Positions 59,398-64,000 of a stretch of 64,000 nt of DNA are shown here, in pieces. Origin of the DNA: Octopus vulgaris (lineage: Eukaryota); the NCBI GenBank assembly GCA_951406725.2, contig OX597831.1:75950001-76014000 (forward strand). The letters run 5' to 3'. The notes under the pieces are model-generated. The model saw nothing but the letters and a program-made list of their open reading frames with translations. It was not told where the DNA came from and did not search any database. Numbering within the stretch: position 1 is the stretch's first letter; each line of letters begins with the position of its first letter. Position numbers and translations under genes: made by a program.

Positions 59398-60970
59398 TAC
59401 GCGACCGACTTTTGGTCTCCGTGTACCAAATCCACTCGCAGGGCTTTGATTGACCCTATGCTGTAGTAGAAGATACTTGCTCAAGGTGCCTCGCAGTGGG
59501 ACTGAACCTAGAACCATGTGGTTGGGAAGCAAGCTTCTTACCACCCAGCCACGCCTGCACTTTAATTCCGTTAAACTCTTTTTTTAATACCAGGCATTAT
59601 CTGGCCACATATAAGTGTGATTTGAGGGAAATTCGACTAATATTTCTAGCAAGGCTTTCATGTTGGTTCGAATTTTTAACCAGTAATACACTGGGGTTGT
59701 TTCAATGAACTGCAACATATTTGATCGTGTACTGCTAAAGCAATACTATATTTTAATAATTGTTCTACCCGGAAGTTATTCCTTGTCCAATAGAGCTGTT
59801 ATAGCTTTCCAGCTGTGACCATCCTGCCTTTGTATATCATAACCTGCATTGTTTAGTGTTTGTGTATTTTTGTTTTACTAAAGATTGTAAGATGCGATCT
59901 TGGGGAAACTTATCTGCTGTTTCTACCAGGTCACATAACAGTGTATGAACTCCCCACCACACTGCTAAAAATTTAATTACACTGCAGCGTCCACCCCTAC
60001 CTCGATATAATGAGTAAGTCCCAAGTGAACTGAGACAGCAATGTTACTACAAAGATCAAGAGACGTATGTAAAAGATAATCCAGTGTTTGTCTAGAGCAA
60101 GAAGGTTGCAAGGTGTTCCGCCCTGTTGTACTCCCACTTGAACATCAAAAAAAGCCTGCATCACCACCGAGGGATCGCACCAACGGTTTTGTATTTTTAT
60201 ACAGTATCGTGACTGCATCCGTTGTCTTTTACAAACTTCTGGAACTTAATAATGTATTGGGAAGGTAGCTGTGGCATCGGAGACGTAATTTAACTGGTAG
60301 TTTGTCCATTCTGTAAGGATGACAGGAAAATAGATCTTGGTGAGATTTGAACTCATAGCTCAGAGATCCACAACGAATACCACAAAGCGCTTTGTTCTAC
60401 AATCTAATGGTGCTGCCAATTTACCGGAGGTAACAGTTGAGTATTTTTGAGTCATTTACGAACGGTGCCAAATCAGTTTAGTTCTTTGTCTCGATATAAA
60501 TGCAAACAACTGTTACCAAATTTCTGAACAATCATAAGAATTTCTAGCGTTGCGATTCTTTTTCTAAGTCGTAATAGTCGCAGGCGTCGCTGCGGAGTTA
60601 AGAAGGTCACATTGCTACCACGTGGTTTCGAGTTCAGCAGTCCCACTATGCGGTACCTTGGGCAAAGGTATCCTACTATAGATCCGGGCCGAACAATGCT
60701 TTTTGAGTGGATTTGCTAGACGGAAACTCCGAGGAAACCCGTGATAGATATATGTGTGTGTGTGTGTGTCCTCCTCACACCATTTTGCAACCGGTGTTGG
60801 TTTGCATACATCCTCGTAGCTTAGTGGCTCGGCAAAATGAACGATAGAATAAATACAAGACCTTAGAACATAAGTACCGGGGGCCGATCTGTTCGACTGA
60901 AAGCTCTTCAAGAGAAGCGCTCCAGCATGACCGCAGTCCTATGAGAGAAACAATTACAAAGTAAAAGATG
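59115..60970. mobile_element. SINE B copies: minus ~59115-59560, plus ~60580-60970
   Basis: Family B head, body and tail. Further copies at ~50270-50590, 51415-51790, 57480-57865 and 63713-64000. Confidence 0.8.
59985..60262 (-). pseudogene. Coding-like decayed island, possibly EVE L N-terminal region
   Basis: QYIIKFQKFVKDNGCSHDTV*...FLMFKWEYNRAEHLATFLL / LDYLLHTSLDLCSNIAVSVHLG. Confidence 0.3.
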
Positions 60971-62569
60971 AACGATAAAAAGAGATTGCGAATTGCTTGC
61001 GCAATCGTAAAGCACAATTTAACTTTAGAAATAAAACAGTGAAAAAACACACAACAAAGTAAAAAAAGAAAAAAAGACGCCATTTTTTGCTTGAGAACTA
61101 AAAATACTTAATTTTTTTTTCATTTTCATTTCTTTCTGAATAACTCCTTAAAAGCACAAAAACAAACTCTGTGGCATATTTTTCCTTCGTGTATTTTGTA
61201 ATTTTCTTTTTCTTCCACAAATATTTTCTGCTCTGCCCACAGTATTTGTACATGCATCATCTCAACGACTCTTCATTTCACACCAGATAGGTTTTCTTTC
61301 GGCTTTCTGCTGTCATTTTCTCGTTGCCATAATGTCATATATCCAACAAATAAAAAGTCAAGAAGAGTTGAACAGCTTTTTCAGTTAACGACCTATTGCC
61401 ATATGACATGGTGACCTTATACCTCAAGCTACTCAATTTTCTCAACTTCGAAAAGAGACAAAAAAAAGGAAAAAGAACGAAACAAATGTAAAAGACACCC
61501 TTTTTCAACCCTCGTTTCATTCGACACCTTTTCGTGACATTCGAAAGCAAATGTGCACCGCCGTGTGTGTGTGGAGAGAGTGAGAAATGAGCCTCGTGTT
61601 GGGGGGAGATAAACTAGAGTACGTATACGCACGTGCACACAGATCCATAAGCACACACACACGCGCGCACACACACTATATATATATATATACACACACA
61701 GAAACACATGTATGTATATATGTATATATATATACACGCATATGCATATATGCACATAAGCATGTATATGTAAAAATATATGCATATATATACATGCATA
61801 TGTATGTATATATATATATATATATGCATATATACATATATGTACACGTACATAAGCATATACATACATTCATAAATATATGCATTAAATTATCTCTCTC
61901 TCTCTCTCTCTATTTATATATATATATATATATATACATATACACGTCTTATTGTGATAGGATCAATTGCAATGGATGTGTTAGGTCTTGGATTATTTTG
62001 AGAATCGGAACCCCACCCCAGCGCCTACCTCCGGCATTAACAAAACAACTTCTAGATTTCTTTTAAATAACACTTCTTTCTAACTGTCAAATGATAATGC
62101 AATTGTCTACAATTAACTGTAAATCGAGATTAACCATGTATTATGTAACAAATCGTAAGCAATTATTTTCTTTGTTGTTCGTAAGACGAAATGGAGTGAT
62201 GATGTCAAAATTAATTGCATTTAAAAACAAACCAGGATTTCTTGCATAACATAAATTTTGAGACATTCATTAAAAGAAAAGAAAACCGTTTAGAAATGTA
62301 GGATAAGTCACTCTTGGAAGTTCTTTGATAATAAGTTTACTCAATCCGAATGCCTCTCAAAGAACAACTTAATATAAAAAGAGCTCCCTTAAAGTAGTTA
62401 TAGATACACAGCGTTTGGAAATGAATCACTGAGGATAGTCATTATTGGAAAGTCTTTGATAGTAAATTTACTCAATCCATAAAACTTATAACAACTTACT
62501 GATTTATATAAGTAAAAATAGCTTCTTGTTCAAAGTGGTTTTAGATACACGACGTTTGCAAATGAATCT

Positions 62570-62730
62570 GTGGTGATGTTCTCTGGTCAAGCATGAACTC
62601 TACTGAGATTTTGCCGTATTCATGCTATTGCCAGGTTAAAAAATTATCTAAATGAAATACAATCGAATCATCCGGTAATCGAAGAATCAATATGTGGGAC
62701 TTGGACTGTACAGCTGTTTCGATGAACCTG
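62570..62730 (-). pseudogene. Candidate N-terminal island of EVE L
   Basis: RFIETAVQSKSHILILRLPDDSIVFHLDNFLTWQ*; HLDNFL weakly resembles the N-terminal HLxSPI motif. Confidence 0.3.
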
Positions 62731-64000
62731 GTGTTTTGGTCCACATCTGTTCTGACTGAGAAAGCCTTTGATAAAAGACGTTCCAGTGCTGACCATCCTC
62801 ATGGCTTCATTTCTAAACATTGTATACCTAGAACTTTATTAACTGGGTGCCCTTTTCATTTATTTTAAGCATAAGACTGTTAATTTTAGTTGCTATATCA
62901 AACAGCTTGAGGAACCACATTAGTTCGATGTTTTTACTCGTGGAATCTATGGAGCAAAATCATAAAGATTAAATCTATCATCCATCGTCAATTAGTATTT
63001 TGTTGAGAGACTTAAAGAGCGAGTTTGACTTCAGCGGGATTTGAACGTAAAGCACCAAAGTAATTTTAGTCAATCTTTTATCGATTTTGCTGATCCATTC
63101 CTCTGCTACAGACAGATAATATCAATATCTTACACAGTCACAAAGCTCTCTTCTGTGCCCTAAATTCAGAAGTATTTGATTAACCCGATGATATAGCAGT
63201 AAGCACATGCTCAAGGAAATGTTGTAAAGTAAGATCGAACTCGGAACTATGAGTTGAAAAGCGAGCTTCTTGACCACACAGCCATATCTCTGCACCTGTT
63301 GAAGAAATCTAAAGAGCAAAGATTTAAAAAAACCGCCGGCAGATGAGATTCCACTTCCCTGTTCTTCGATGTTGATGGTTATGATGCAAAGGCAGCGAGC
63401 TGGCAGAATCGTTAGCACACCGGGCGAAATGCTTACGGGTATTTCACCTGCCGTTACGTTGTGAGTTCAAATTCCGCCAAGGTCGACTTTGCCTTTCATC
63501 CTTTCAGGGTCGATAAATTAAGTACCAGTTATGCACTGGGGTCGATGTAATCGACTTAATCCCTTTGTCCTTGTTTGTCCCCTCTATATTTAGCCCCTTG
63601 TGGGTAATAAAGAAATAGGTATTTCACCTGCTGTTACGTTGTGAGTTCAAATTCCGCCAAGGTCGACTTTACCTTTCATCCTTTCGGGGTCGATAAATTA
63701 AGTACCAGTTATGCTAAGTTACAGGAACCTAAACACGCCAACACTTGTTGACAAGCGCGTTGGTGGGAGACAAGCACAGACATAAACACACACACACACA
63801 CACAGAGGCACACACACACACACACACACAGAGGCACACACACACACACACAGAGGCACACACACACACACACAGACGCACACAGAGGCAAACACACATA
63901 CACGACGGGCTTAATTCAATTTCCGTCTACCAAACCTACTCACAAGTCGTTAGCCGGCCCGAGGTTATAGTAGAAGACAGCTGGAAAAATGTGCCTCGTA

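Noticed and set aside
62705-62722. Minus-strand gaaacagctgta as a hammerhead
   Set aside because: No CTGANGA core or stem I; it lies within a coding-like island.

Overview
AT-rich, repeat-dense animal genomic DNA. The SINE families and microsatellite load look like an octopus (coleoid cephalopod) genome; this is an inference. Almost every long ORF in the supplied track is a translated microsatellite or SINE, and I see no intact protein-coding gene. Main finding: about 25 short (100-350 bp) islands of non-repetitive sequence, read on the minus strand from ~62.7 kb down to base 1, translate (with stops and frameshifts) into the motifs of a non-segmented negative-strand RNA virus L polymerase in the correct order. 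These are RdRp pre-A/A/B/D, capping PRNTase motifs with a Zn knuckle, and methyltransferase K and GxGxG-like motifs. This suggests an ancient, near full-length endogenous viral element (EVE) of ~5 kb retained sequence, dispersed over >60 kb by later insertions. The motif matches were made by eye against remembered consensus motifs and need an HMM search. Other content: three tRNA-type SINE families plus an older repeat family, mariner/Tc1/hAT MITEs, an R4/Dong-type LINE 3' end, an RTE-like fragment, several minimal hammerhead-ribozyme motifs in (TA)n tracts, long hairpins, degenerate minisatellites and a possible bidirectional promoter near 13 kb. Most boundaries are approximate.
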